Shown in pieces: positions 12,735 to 24,802 of a DNA stretch of 64,000 nt. A program made the translations under genes and the position numbers. Each line of letters begins with the position of its first letter. Within the stretch, counting starts at the first letter, position 1. This DNA is from Oopsacas minuta (lineage: Eukaryota; Animalia; Porifera). Below the pieces are notes generated by a model, which saw nothing but the letters and a program-made list of their open reading frames with translations, did not search any database and was not told where the DNA came from. The stretch covers positions 1-64,000 of the forward strand of contig JAKMXF010000338.1 in assembly GCA_024704765.1 (NCBI GenBank), in the 5' to 3' direction.

Positions 12735-12778
12735 GAGGCAACTACATATCTGCCTCCTCGCAGATATGTAGTTACCTC
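12735..12778. other. 19-bp-stem hairpin
   Basis: gaggcaactacatatctgc-ctcctc-gcagatatgtagttacctc, 1 mismatch, 6-nt loop. Confidence 0.8.
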
Positions 12779-14777
12779 AAGATTTCTAATTATGTCTTGG
12801 AAATATGTATAAATCAAAAATATCATTCAGGAATATACCTTCATTAGCTTATTCTCTTGAAAGTAAATCCCCTTGCACTTTCTGACAAAATTCTTCCTTC
12901 TGTAGCGATCACTCTTGATTTCTGGTGGAATAATATTCGTCTGGAGGAATCCACGAATTGCTTCATACTCTGTCGCATCCATAATGAAAAATGTCAAAAG
13001 TAAATATAAGTGTTGATGTTGAAATCTAGAAACAAAATAAATGTTTTTGTGGGCATCTAGGAAGTCACACATGTATAAATACGAATACTATGTGACTAGG
13101 GATGAAATGTTGATATTACTTGATTTGCAATGGCCACTTGCGGGTCAAAATCCTACGCATCAGGTCTTTGTCACGATGCGAGTCAGGCCAAAAAACTGAA
13201 TCTAGAGTTCGGACCAAGTATTTGTAGACAAAGTATGTAGTAGAAAACTGCTTCCAGGAAGGAAGGCCGTTGTTCACGAAAGGGATAGTCAACATATACA
13301 GGGTGGCCAATAAGTTCTGACCCATTGATAAAAATTCATAATTAAAAAGTATCAAACTATATTCACTGAGATTTATTCCAGTTCTATTAGATAACAATAT
13401 CAGTACATTCGATAGTAGCTACTCAATGTAGCCGTCTTTCTTTTCGACTACCCACTTCAAACGTTGGGGGAACGCCTCAACGGCGGCTCGTAGGTTATCC
13501 TGTGGAATTTTTTCCCACTCACGGTGCAAAGACTTCTTCAGGGCTTCTACACTTGAATGGGACTTTGCACAGGCATTTTTCTCCAATATGGACCAGATTG
13601 AGAAGTCTATTGGATTCAAATCTGGGCTTGTTGGAGGCCATTCCTCCTTGATAATGAAATCTGGAATGTTTTATCGTAACCAATTTTGGGAGATGTTTGA
13701 TGTGTGAGCTGGTGCGCCGTCTTGCTGAAATAGAAATGGCTCTTTGTTAAACATCGTTTTGCTCAAATCTTTCACCACAGGCTCCAGAATCAACTTTTAA
13801 TATGTTGACGAATTTATTTTTACCCCTACTGAGACAAAAACCAAAGGAGTAAGGCCTTTTGCTGAGATTCCGGCCCAAACCATTACCGACTGAGGTTTTT
13901 GTGTCCATTTGACATACAGATGCTTTTCTGTGATGGCGTAGGCGTGTGGGCTAATATTCGATCATTCTGCTTATTAGTCGCTTCATCTATGGTGAATAAT
14001 TTCTCGTCAGATATTATGATATTCTGCAGGGGTTGAGTTGCGACCCGAGTCAGCATGCCCTTGCATCTGGCAAGTCTCTTTTTAACAATTTTCTCATAAA
14101 AGAAGTGAACTGTTCACCGTGGTTTAGAAGCAAAGAATAGACAAAAAATTGATTCCGTATTTGATGGTTTCTTTCCATCTTGTAATGTTTAAATGATTCT
14201 CATTTAAAATATCTAAGTGATTGAGACCCTAGAAGCTGTAAAATTTCTTCATCAAAGATGCGAAATATTTATAGGAAAATTGCGGCTTCATGATTTCCAA
14301 ATTTAGCCACAATTTCAAATGAACCTGTAAGAGCAATTACATAATCGAATGTTACTAAACTGGTATACTTCATATATTTCGACTATGCTAATTCTAAATA
14401 TCTTGTTTCTATGACCGTATCTTGTATTTATTTCGTGAACATAAGATTTCTAAAATCTAGTAAAATCCAAACAGAATTTTTACAAAGAGGAATACTTAAA
14501 GTGTCAGGAAAAATAAACAACACAAAACAACAGCGCAAAATGGATCGGATATACGCATTACGATTCCTAATAACGTAATCTAAAACCACAAAACCCGAAA
14601 CAGTGCGCAACCTATAATTATCAATGACATTCCACTACAACTTTTCGTTGCTATGAAATTCCCATTGTAGCATACTGCAACAATGGAATGAAATAGTATT
14701 GAATTTCGTTCTCGAAATTTATTATAGTGACTTATATATATAATCAACCGAATAATACAACATAATTACGGAATATC

Positions 14778-17700
14778 TTGAAAACAATGACAGAAGAGTT
14801 AACTCTCCCAAAGTCCCGCTTCGAATTGGCAAGAATCCTGAAAGACAATAATGATAGTATCTTAAAAACGACAAAATATTTCAAAGAACACTTTGAAATA
14901 GACTCTGATAATACGAAACTCTTGGAAACGTTGCTGTTAAGAATTCGGGACAGATTCAAGAAGGCGAAGAGATCTTTAGATTGTTTATAAGGAGAATGGT
15001 GGCATTCTAACATTTCCATGAAACCTGAGTTAAAGAAAAATCGTGTATCTGATTTACTAGAGTCGTCTTCTGATGATGGCAAAGTTCCCATTCATTCAGT
15101 GAGTCATAGAAAGCATCTTAATGATCTCTCTCTGCAACAACAACGTACTCGATTGTCAAATCTGCTAGAATTCATTAAGTCACTCTCAGTTATTGAAAAA
15201 ACTACAGAAATAAGCATTGCAGCACTCTCATTACAACTATTGACAAATGAGGAGAATAATCGTCAGGTTGCTACGGTGGTCAAAGAGATTATTGTCAGTG
15301 GAGGATTCTGTAACCTCAGTAACAAGCATTTTCCACTTGATAAAGCCTTATTCCTGGTGGATCTTTTGAAGTGAGCTGGCGAAAATACACTCAGCTACGT
15401 CAAACACTTCTACCAGACAATATACATTTCCCATCTTACAGCAAGCTAGCTAATCTGAGAGATGTCATGATTTCGCGATCCAGTGTAACTTTATATCCTA
15501 ATCCAACTAAACCAATAGGTATACAGGGTGTCTTAAAAGTTTTTTCACCTTATTCATCAAGCCAGTAAATTGTATTTATTGTAAAGAATCATTAGACTAT
15601 TTGCCAATGTATTCACCGTTAAGTTCAATACAAGAATTAATGCGGTTTGGCATTCCATCTGTTAAATTCTGGAGAATCGATGGGCTAATACCACTCCAGA
15701 TATTTTCCAAGATTTTCGCCAGTTGTTTTAGATTAGTAGCGGGCTTCCTCTTGTCCAGCTCTGCCTGCATAATGGCCCACAGATTTTCTATAGGATTCAA
15801 ATCTGGCGAGTTACTAGGCCATATATCTTTCGCCCAGAATCCTGGTAAATGATCAGAAAGCCACTTCTGTGTCTTTATAGCAGTATGAGCAGGGGCTCCA
15901 TCCTGCATAAAAAAAGTGTCGGATATCTTTCGATACAATTTCCTCTGAGTCAGGGGCCCTCTCATCTTCTTACGTTTATAGGTAGGGAGACGGCACTTAG
16001 CCAGTATTTCATTGATATAATAGTCCGCATTCACAGAATGTCTTGGGGAGATTAGATGGAGTTCTGATAGTCCACGATGACTCATCATTCCCCAGACCAT
16101 TAATCTTGGAGGATTTTTGACCGTTTCGACTGGAGTGATATTACGCGAACTGACGTCCCAAACCCGATCATTCTGTGAATTTGTAGGGTGAAAAAGCTCA
16201 AGGGACTTTCATCACTGAAGAAAACTCGCTCCCAATCAAGTGAAGTCCAAGATTTATGCTCAAGACAGAACTTGACCCTTTTAGACTTCTGTACTTCCGT
16301 CAATTTAGGGTTTGATGGCCGTTTATACGCTTTAGCCCCAATAGAATTGTGTAAATAACGGTGAACAGTATCTTTACTAATAGCAACATATTTACTTGAA
16401 ATATATTTCGCCAATTTCCGAGTTGAATGCCATCGTTTGCCTATGGATTTTTGAATTATTATTTTTGGGACTCGGGAAAGTTTCGACGGACGTCCAGAAC
16501 GAGGCTTGTCATTGAGCATTTCTCCAGCTTTTTGCTTTTTGTTCCAATTCTTTACGGTTCGAATTGTGACTCCAAGTGTGTCAGCAACTGTTCTTTGACT
16601 GGAACCAGCTAGTAGCATACCTATCGCTCTCTCGCGGATGGATAATCTCGTCATTTTGACATCCATAATATTGAAATTTGATAATTATACAAAGTATCGC
16701 AAAATGAATCACAAAATTAAATATTTGATACTACTCATGGTTGAGAACATTAATCAACTATAAATTGACAATGCTAAAATAAATGGGTAGGTAGTAAATG
16801 AGGTAGACTGATTTCTGTTCAAATATATTGAAATACTAATGGTGAAAAAACTTTTGAGACACCCTGTACACGCACCGTATTCTCTTCAAGTTCAGAAAAC
16901 CCTGCAAAGAATATTATCAATAGTAGATCGCCCCACAAGTGAAGAATTCCCACTCACATTTAAAATCGCGATTGCTTAGATAGTTATGGTTGTCACACTA
17001 TCTACAACCAGCAAACAACTAATACTTTCACCAAAAACTTCATTCTGTTTTATTTCAAGACCATCTCCATCCACACTGTAACAAACAGGATTGTTTGGCA
17101 GAATAAATCCCCTAATTCACCCTTCTCTCAGATACCTATTGTTCTCTGTGCTGCGACAGTATGCGAAGAAAATATTCGTTCCTCCATGGAAACTATGATT
17201 AATCCCGATACAGCGAAGTTGCAAAATGGGATTACTTTAGAAAATGGTGTTGTCAATGTTGATATTATCCGCTCAATGTTTGATAGGAAGATGGCAGCCA
17301 TTCTCTCTGGAGCTGGAGGAGCCAGTTGTCAGATGTGCACTGCCACACATAAAGATTTGAAGGATCGGAATTTAGTTTTTGAGGGTTCCCCAACAACAGG
17401 AATATCACAGATGCAATCGAGTTATTTTCGCACATTGATGACATTGAGTCGTTCTTTGCCCTTCCAACTAATGAACGCTTCAATTTAACTCATCAACCAA
17501 TTTCAGAGATTAACATACATCCAGCATCTCCACTTCATTCATACACAGGCGTATTTAGGGAAGTAGTCTAGTACTCCATTAATCATTCAGAATTTGTCTT
17601 CACATAATTAAACCAATTTTAAGTGGTTCAATTTGCTGGTATATCATCTTCGCATCGAAAAGTTTACCTGGTCCCCAACTTCACCAGTTATCAAGGAGTC

Positions 17701-18372
17701 AATGAAATTCCTTCAGACATTTATTCAGAAGAAGACAGGATTAAAGGTTGACCAGCCTAATTCTAGCGGTGGAACCACCTCAACAGGGTATGTTGCTGGA
17801 AGAGCCCTTTCTGATGAAACTGAATACCTTGAATGCATTCTATCAACTGTAGCAATATGATATCGCCCAATCTTATCAAAGATACATACTCAACTTTCAG
17901 CCATTCTTCGGGTTTCAATTCAAGTCACAAGGTTAACACTTTGGAATTGGGGAAGTGGTGCAAGGATACCTACCTTATCATCTTAGATTCTTTCCCCTTG
18001 GTTAGAATGACTCCAACCCTGCACAAACTCTTGGCCCATTCCGAGGAATTAACACGTGAGTCGAATTCTAGCTATGGCTTAAAGGCATTTTCAGAAGAAG
18101 GCACAGAATCATGCAACAAATTAGTCAGAAAATATTTGGAGAACTTAGCTCGTAAAGTTAGTTTTGAGGGCAATATTATCGATATCTTCGTCAGATTAAC
18201 TTCTCAAAGTGATCCAGCCTTAGTAAACTATCCAAGAATTTTGACTTGTGAACGATGTGGCCAATCTGGACACACAACGATATCTAAATACTCCCATGTT
18301 TTGAACAATCAGAAAACTAGTATACAGACTTTATTCACGACTTTAACCTCCCATACAGATTGCCTATCATGA
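14778..18372 (+). pseudogene. RAG1-like transposase, frameshifted and interrupted by a DD37E element
   Basis: HRKHLNDLSLQQQRTRLSNLL; DIIRSMFDRKMAAILSGAGGASCQMC; GGTTSTG; TPTLHKLLAH; FSEEGTESCNKLVRKY; C-terminal LTCERCGQSGH. Confidence 0.9.
15524..16866 (-). mobile_element. DD37E (TRT-type) Tc1-family transposon, 1343 bp, one frameshift
   Basis: TA TSDs 15522-15523 and 16867-16868; 26-bp TIRs cagggtgtct(t/c)aaaagttttttcacc. ORFs 16100-16666 (FFSDES) and 15597-16100 (MQDGAPAH...SPDLNPIE, 37-residue spacing). Confidence 0.92.
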
Positions 18373-19269
18373 ACTTAAGTATGAATATAATGTATATTTT
18401 GTAAATCAATTAGATAAATTCCATCATAAGTGTGACGTCATAACTCTATAAATACAAGCGCACAACAAAATTTTAAGTTCAAGGTGATTGCCAAATACGG
18501 ATAACCCATAGGTAATCAATAGATTTCATTGCGATAAAGTCGAGTAAGATGTATTTATTGAAGAAAATTTAAAATTTCACATATATCAATGTTGTCATAA
18601 CTTTGAAATTTCTGGCCATATACTTGTTATGACAAGCTGGATTGGTTCCTTATATCTAACAATCTATATGTAAATAATATATTTCATATGGCTATCTCAC
18701 ACCAAAATAGCTATCCTTTACTAACTGCCCTATTAAACCACTGTGCTGTTCTTCTTTTAAACGATTTGAGGTGCAAGTTGTTTTTCACAAGGTTTTGCCT
18801 CGATCCATGCGAAACTTTGAGCTGAGAGGCCATTTTCCGGAGAGATCGTCGAGGATTTCGCCGTATTCTATGGATCACAACTTTTTTCTGCCTCAGAGTT
18901 GTTACCGACTTTGGTCGACCGCTTCTTGGCATATCTTTTATGCCCCCAGTCTTATTGTAACGTTGAATAGTGCGATAAACGAATTTCCTTCTCGATTTAG
19001 GGATATGGAGCGTTTTCAAAATTTCTCCTGGACATTTTTCCATTAGAAAATAATTCAATTATTGCTGCTCTTTCCTGATTCATTGTGAAAAAATCTTGTG
19101 TGGGTTAGTGTGCAATCAAGGTGTTAGATGATGGTAGATAAATTGTCTACTCAAGATATAATTCATTAGAAATAGTGAATACTTGCCTATCTTACATTAT
19201 GGTAAGTTTTTAATTTTGGATCAGAACTTATTGGCCACCCTGAACAACTATCCTCGAACAACCAGAGCA

Positions 19270-21218
19270 TTGGTGCCTACATTAAAAAGATAACTGAAAA
19301 ACTTGCAAGGCAGAAGAGGCAGACAAGGAAAAGTATATATCGAAATATCTCGACCAAGCTTATTTTTTATTCAAGAAGCAAATACCACATACAACCAAGT
19401 TTGAAAAATTGATCTCCCTCACTTGTCGAATGAGCGAGGATGTAGATATCTAGACGAAACCGATACAATAATGCAACCTATAGGTCATATATCCCTGTCA
19501 CAGAGTTCTTGGAGTTGTTCGAAAGACAGATTTGTGAAACACTAATGATGATCTTTCAGCTTCACTTAACATCTATCGTACCTGGACTCCCTTAGCCGAT
19601 GAAACTTCGGTGCAGAATCATGGAATTTTTTTGAGTATTTATGTGAAGTATATCTCTACCAAAACAAGCAACGTGGAGGAGTGCATGCTAGATTGTAAAC
19701 CCATTGAAGGTCCGACTACAGCTGAGAATCTCTTTACACTAGTCGATGAGAGTGTCAAAAATTGGCCTAGATAGAAGACTATCCAGGAGCGTTTCCTTTG
19801 TCGGAGCCAGAAATATGTCTAGCGAACAGGAAGGAGTCCTAGGATACCTAAAGCGTTTTGGAATCAATATATTATTTTCGAACATTGTCGCGTACATAGT
19901 CTTGCATTAGTTTGCAAAACAGTAGCTAATGAAGTTCAATTAGTCAAGGAAGCAATCGAACTTATCAACGCCATTTATAAATTATTTAGAAAATCTAATC
20001 AGAAAGTGGACCTTCTAAAAGTAAAATGTTTAAAGGATGAGACAAATTTCAAATTACTTATCAAGGCCGCAGCAACACCCGGGCTTACTACCGGGGCGAA
20101 GTGTCGAGAGGTTGATCGATTTGATTGTACAAGTGATCGAGTCCCTTCAGGGTATTTCTGAAGATAATTCTTTTGATCAGTGAGTTCGCATGAAATGCAA
20201 ATGGTTGTTTTCGAGTTTGTTATCGTCGCGAAATGTGAAAGTGCTCCTTATGCTTCAAATGGTACTCGGACATGCGAATCGCCTTAGTTCCATCTTTCAG
20301 GACCCAAAAGTTTATTATTCCTATGCCCTATGTGATACAAAGTCTTTTATGATATTTCTCAAAGCTCTAGATGTGTCTAAATTTATTAGCGAACAGTTCG
20401 ATTTACTCGAAAAACGAATATCGAATGCAGGCTTTGAGATGTCGAAAATGGGCCCTCTTCGGTCGAACCGCTTAGAAGCACCTACCATTTACAGTGTCCT
20501 CGGTGACTACATTTCCGGTCTGGTACACAAAATGGAGGCAAGATTTTCAGAGGATAGCCGTGATTTGTCAAACTTGTGAGGTTTGATGCAGTTGAATGGC
20601 TGGAAACTGGCAGTGTGACTTCGTAAGTAAGTGGGAGGTTTGGTTTTGACAAATCTGCTCTGCCCGCCGCAATATATACACTCTTCAATTGCATCGTGAC
20701 CGAAGAGCTCCTCAAAGGATGTGACACTCAAGAGGATCTATATAAGAACTTCTATCCATCGCGACCTTAAGGATCATATATCCCAAGCACGCAATGGTGA
20801 CAACCTTTTTTCTGTGTCGACCATTGGGGACAGCTAACGTAGAAAGATCCTTCTCCTCTACAACTAAGATCGTCTCTGATGGTCGTTGTTCTTTGACTCC
20901 AGCTCATATTGCGATGCTAACAGGGATATCTATCCAAGGGGTAGTACTGCCAGGAGTCCAAGACAATACAAAAAGCTATTCAGAGTTTCTTCACCCGAGT
21001 TTCTTGATTCTGGGCAAGATCTCCACGGAGAATAGACTAACTATGTCTTTCATAGTTCGTAAATGTATCATCGTATGTATTTTTGATATGATTTGTGTCT
21101 GTAATCTTTTTCAAACTATGCTCCACCAATGGGTGCGCAATGCGCATCCAGTTGAAAATTTGGTTATGCGCGCCTTAGCAAATATTTCCTAAAAAGTGCG
21201 CACCCAGATGAAGGCCTG
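19270..21218 (+). mobile_element. Degraded hAT transposon
   Basis: Fragments ADETSVQNHGIFLSIYVKY, HCRVHSLALVCK and LGTANVERSFSSTTKI. Right end with tgcgca repeats, finishing cagatgaaggcctg. Confidence 0.7.
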
Positions 21219-22032
21219 AGAATCACAAATGTCATTATATTTCTTCCCAATTTCCTGAAGTTCCAATTATATGTTCGAAATTGGTGAGTCCTTTTGAGTC
21301 AATTGGGTCTCTAGTAGTGAAATTTTATAACTAAACAGTTGATTTTCTGACCTCATGATATCCACTTTTTTTCAAGATGGAGTTTCTGAGTTCAAAGTCT
21401 GAATTTCTGTTTATCAAATTCTAATTTATGGATTCCAATCTCTGGATTCAGGTCTCAATTCTCTGGAATGTTGCTTCAAATTCCTGAACCACAAATCCAC
21501 CAATGGAATCAGATTGCTCCTTTAACGAAGCTTGTGGAGGCTTGAATCCTAAAGTACCAAGTCACCATATATTCAGAGTAGTAGCATTTTATACACGTAA
21601 CTATGGGATGAACCTTTTCTGGAAAAAGGGATTGTGTAAACGAGTCGGGCATTATTTAATAGTTATATATTTCAGAAATGGATTGACGACATGTCCTTGA
21701 ATTCATGAAAGGAAATATTCGTTGATTGTGCCAAACTAATTGCTTAATAACAAATTATTTGGCGAAATGGAACCCATATTGATGACTACACCTAACTGTC
21801 TCAAAAATTTATAATTTGTATTGGATAATCTTGAAACTTTCACTACATGGAGTTGAACTATATGGGCTTATAATATATATGAAAGTTAGATATATTATTT
21901 GACTAATTCCTAAGATATATCATGACCCGCAAGACTTATTAAACGCCCTGATATACAAAGAAAAATGCTGTTGTGCTATTTACAATAATGAAATAGTACA
22001 TTTGTGCAGTGTGTTAGTGATATGTATGCATG

Positions 22033-22054
22033 TATATATATATATATATATATA
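22033..22054. repeat. (TA)11 microsatellite
   Basis: Read directly from the sequence. Confidence 0.95.
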
Positions 22055-22827
22055 CACTACTACTTGAAGCTTTGGGATAGTCTATCACATATTGAACAAG
22101 TGGTATACTAAGAAAGTATTTGGAATAATTCGTAAATTTGACAGAAGGTATAGCAATTAGGGAGGGAGTTCCAATATTTATGGATCGGGAGTTTATACAA
22201 AATATACTTGTAAATATATGTATCTACGTGAATCGAGAAAGAACTAAAACACTTGATTCATTTGCGAAACGTAGATAATGACAAAATACACGAAAGTTAA
22301 AATTTGGGTTCATTAATTTTGAGGGTTTTCTCTAGTGCACGTGTAGATATTGTTACATTTAGAGAAAGTCCTTATGTCCGACATGTTCTTTTAGCTGACA
22401 CATCGCAATGTGGTAAATATAATGGACATCGCTTATCATTAAATCCAAACTGAGGAGGGGCGCTCAGACACCTCCAGGTACCAAAACTTGCAGCCTATGT
22501 GGCTTATATGAATGCCATTTGTGGTTAGCAGAATATATTTATCAACAGTATGCTCTTCAATATACATATACAGTATATATATTAGTAAATGAAGATAATC
22601 TCCCTCCAATAGTTCTATGTGATATTTACTGCCTCAAGCTACAGGGGTTTGTTCAAAAAGTATTTAGACTAATGTATCAAATTCATATTCTAGTTAACAC
22701 AGTTCTAAGCCTAGTATCAGACAAAAAGCCTAACTTGATTGTTGAACTTCGATTCAATATACTCTTTATTCTACTAGCATATTCTTCAGTATAATGTTTC
22801 ATTTGTATAGGCTACGTTTTTCAACTA

Positions 22828-24400
22828 ATGGATTTAACAAAGAAGGAAAACGACAAATAAGTTGATACCTGTGGAAAAAGGGGAAGACTGGCTCATACTA
22901 CGGGTGTTCAATAAGTTCTGATCACTACCCCCAAAAGTACCCAAAAGAATGTTGTATACAAACAGTCAGTGTTTAATTTCTTCGAAATACACCCCACCAT
23001 TTTTTATAAAGCGTTGAAGGTGCTCCAACCATTGTACAAAAATGTTTTTATAGTCTTCCGACGGTATCCGTTTGAGATACTGGAAAATTGCTGATCCCAG
23101 TTCTGCGCTGTTACTAAAATGACGACCAGAGAGGTATTCTTTAAGCTTAGGGAAGAGATAGAAATCATAAGGAGCTAGATCTGGGCTGTAGGATGGAGTT
23201 TCAAGCTCAATCATTCCCATCCTTAAGATATTTCTTTGACTTGCTTGGTTTTGTGAGTACGGGCATTATCATGTAATAATCTCAACCCTTTAGCACCAGT
23301 CCTTTTTCTCCTCTTCAACAAGCTTTCTTCCACTACACCAAGACAATTGCTAGCGTAGAAGCTCCCAGTAACAGTTTGTCCCTTTGCAATTATCACCTGG
23401 GCCACCAGGGCCATGTGCATCAAAAATATGCAATACATGATCATCGATGATCTGAAATTTGGAAGCGGCATCATCGGAGGGTCCAACTGCTTTCCTATCC
23501 ACACCTTATTTACCTGTTTGGAAATAGGTGTGTTATACTGAACCCATGTCTCATCACCAGTCACTATCTCAAATAATCTTCGCGGGTTGCATTCTTTGTA
23601 GGATTTAAGAAGATTACGACAACATCTCATCCTTGTCTCTTTCTGAGCCTTTATGGGTAAATGTGGGGCCCATCTGGTACAAACCTTGGTAACTTGAGCT
23701 GTGAACTTATAATGTGGTCTACACTTCCCATCGAGATGCCAACACTACTAGAAAATTCCCTGATAGTTCTTTGTGAGTCTAGGTCCATCAGTTTCTTGAT
23801 AGCGCATGATTTAACGAGAGATGCAGCCGTAATTGGTGCTCCAGACCGAGGGTTATCTTCGATAGACTTTCATCCCAGCCTGAAATGCTGAGCCCATCTT
23901 CTGACTCCTGCATAAGACAGAGCACCTTTCGTAGTATAGACTTGAACAAAATCAAGATGTATCTCGTGTGCAGATTTCTCGAGGAGAGTACGAATCTTGA
24001 CGCAAGCTCTTTGCTCGATTTTAGAATTCTTGCCAAGTGATGTCATAAAGGTATAGTATAAAAAACACCTATTGTAAAATTTGATATAACTTGTTGAGCT
24101 TAAAGCGAAAATGAAAATCAATCTAGCTTGTAGACAGAGGATTAATTATTCATATTCAAATATCAATATATTATTGTTGTGTTATAAATCCCCACAGTAA
24201 CAGGAAGATCAGAATTTATTGAACGCCCGTAGTACATTCTTCGTGAAATGCAGGATATTTTCCGTGATGAATGTCCTTCAAAAGCCACCATATATAGATG
24301 GATTGAATGTTGTGATAATGGCGATGGGGAACTCCACGATCAGTGTTCCCCAAGTCAAGTTATGCGGCACATTTGGTCGGCCTCATGGCATTTTAAATCG
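22828..24400 (+). pseudogene. mariner N-terminal HTH fragment split by the 22898-24232 mariner
   Basis: Joining across the TA gives YLWKKGKTGSYILREMQDIFRDECPSKATIYRW. Confidence 0.65.
22898..24232 (-). mobile_element. mariner (DD34D) transposon, 1335 bp, pseudogenised
   Basis: TA TSDs 22896-22897 and 24233-24234; 26-bp TIRs ctacggg(t/c)gttcaataa(g/a)ttctgatc; TGDETWV, HDNARTH, YSPDLAPYDF. Confidence 0.92.
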
Positions 24401-24802
24401 GCCGAAAACTATCTAATTGCGGCAAAGTTCCTGCTGGAGATTACGACACTTATAACACACAAATGTAACCCAACAAGGGTATTACGGAAAATCACTGAAT
24501 TTATGTCGTATATGATAATATTAATAGCTGTTAAGACTATGCCTATACTAATAATATCTACACAATGTATTTAGTACGGCTGCAGATCCGAATTGTCCGC
24601 TGTCGGAATGCCAAATTGGCGTCTTGGGCGGCCAGCCAGTCGGTCTAAACGCTTAGGGGAAACAATAGCCACGATGACACTTGTCCAGGTCGTCCGACTT
24701 CATCTAAACTCACAGTCATATCAAGAGAGCGAAACAATTTTAGACGAGGACATTCGATAACCCTGTTAGAGTTAGAAGAGAGGGTAGGTATATCAAAAGC
24801 CA

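Larger units (their letters stand above)
10630..12982 (-). pseudogene. Ginger integrase exons (N-terminus, Zn-finger end, DDE core), with stop codons
   Basis: Exon MDATEYEAIRGFLQ...KLMK|GTATAT. Exon NCQT...LQPIPLPEEP*CHCGIDLI...LQHDQGTEFSSK|GTAACT (D, D). Exon TKAYHLQSN*LVESHNKILK|GTGAGT at about 11165-11270 (E). Exon E*TEKLQTAVLAANTQTKISTSYTPFYLMF...AIENIKAGQKVQK at about 10630-11030. Confidence 0.85.
1122..13162 (-). mobile_element. Ginger-like DNA transposon (Gypsy-type integrase with introns), about 5.7 kb once the nested RAG1-like element is removed
   Basis: 23-bp TIRs: tgttgcgtaggattttgacccgc (1122) and gcgggtcaaaatcctacgcatca (ends 13162), 1 mismatch. Encloses a minus-strand integrase split by GT-AG introns; no RT or RNase H seen. 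TSD not recognisable (gcgc vs ggtc). Confidence 0.72.
14115..18745 (+). mobile_element. RAG1-like/Transib transposon copy 2 (native about 3286 bp)
   Basis: Ends CACCGTGGTTTA (14115) and CACAGTGGTTTA (inward from 18745). Perfect 5-bp TSD CTGTT (14110-14114, 18746-18750). Confidence 0.92.
13299..19242 (-). mobile_element. maT/DD37D transposon (native about 1308 bp) split by RAG1-like copy 2
   Basis: 22-bp identical TIRs cagggtggccaataagttctga at 13299 and ending 19242. N-terminal half at 18751-19080 (YRTIQRY, RSGRPKSVTT); C-terminal half at 13410-14110 (QQDGAPAH, WPPTSPDLNPIDFSIW). Confidence 0.9.

Noticed and set aside
10630-12982. Gypsy LTR retrotransposon
   Set aside because: No gag, RT, RNase H or LTRs; the integrase has introns and lies between TIRs.
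20482-20731. Minus-strand ORFs with CxxC as zinc-finger genes
   Set aside because: Short, antisense to hAT transposase remnants, and with no further domain support.
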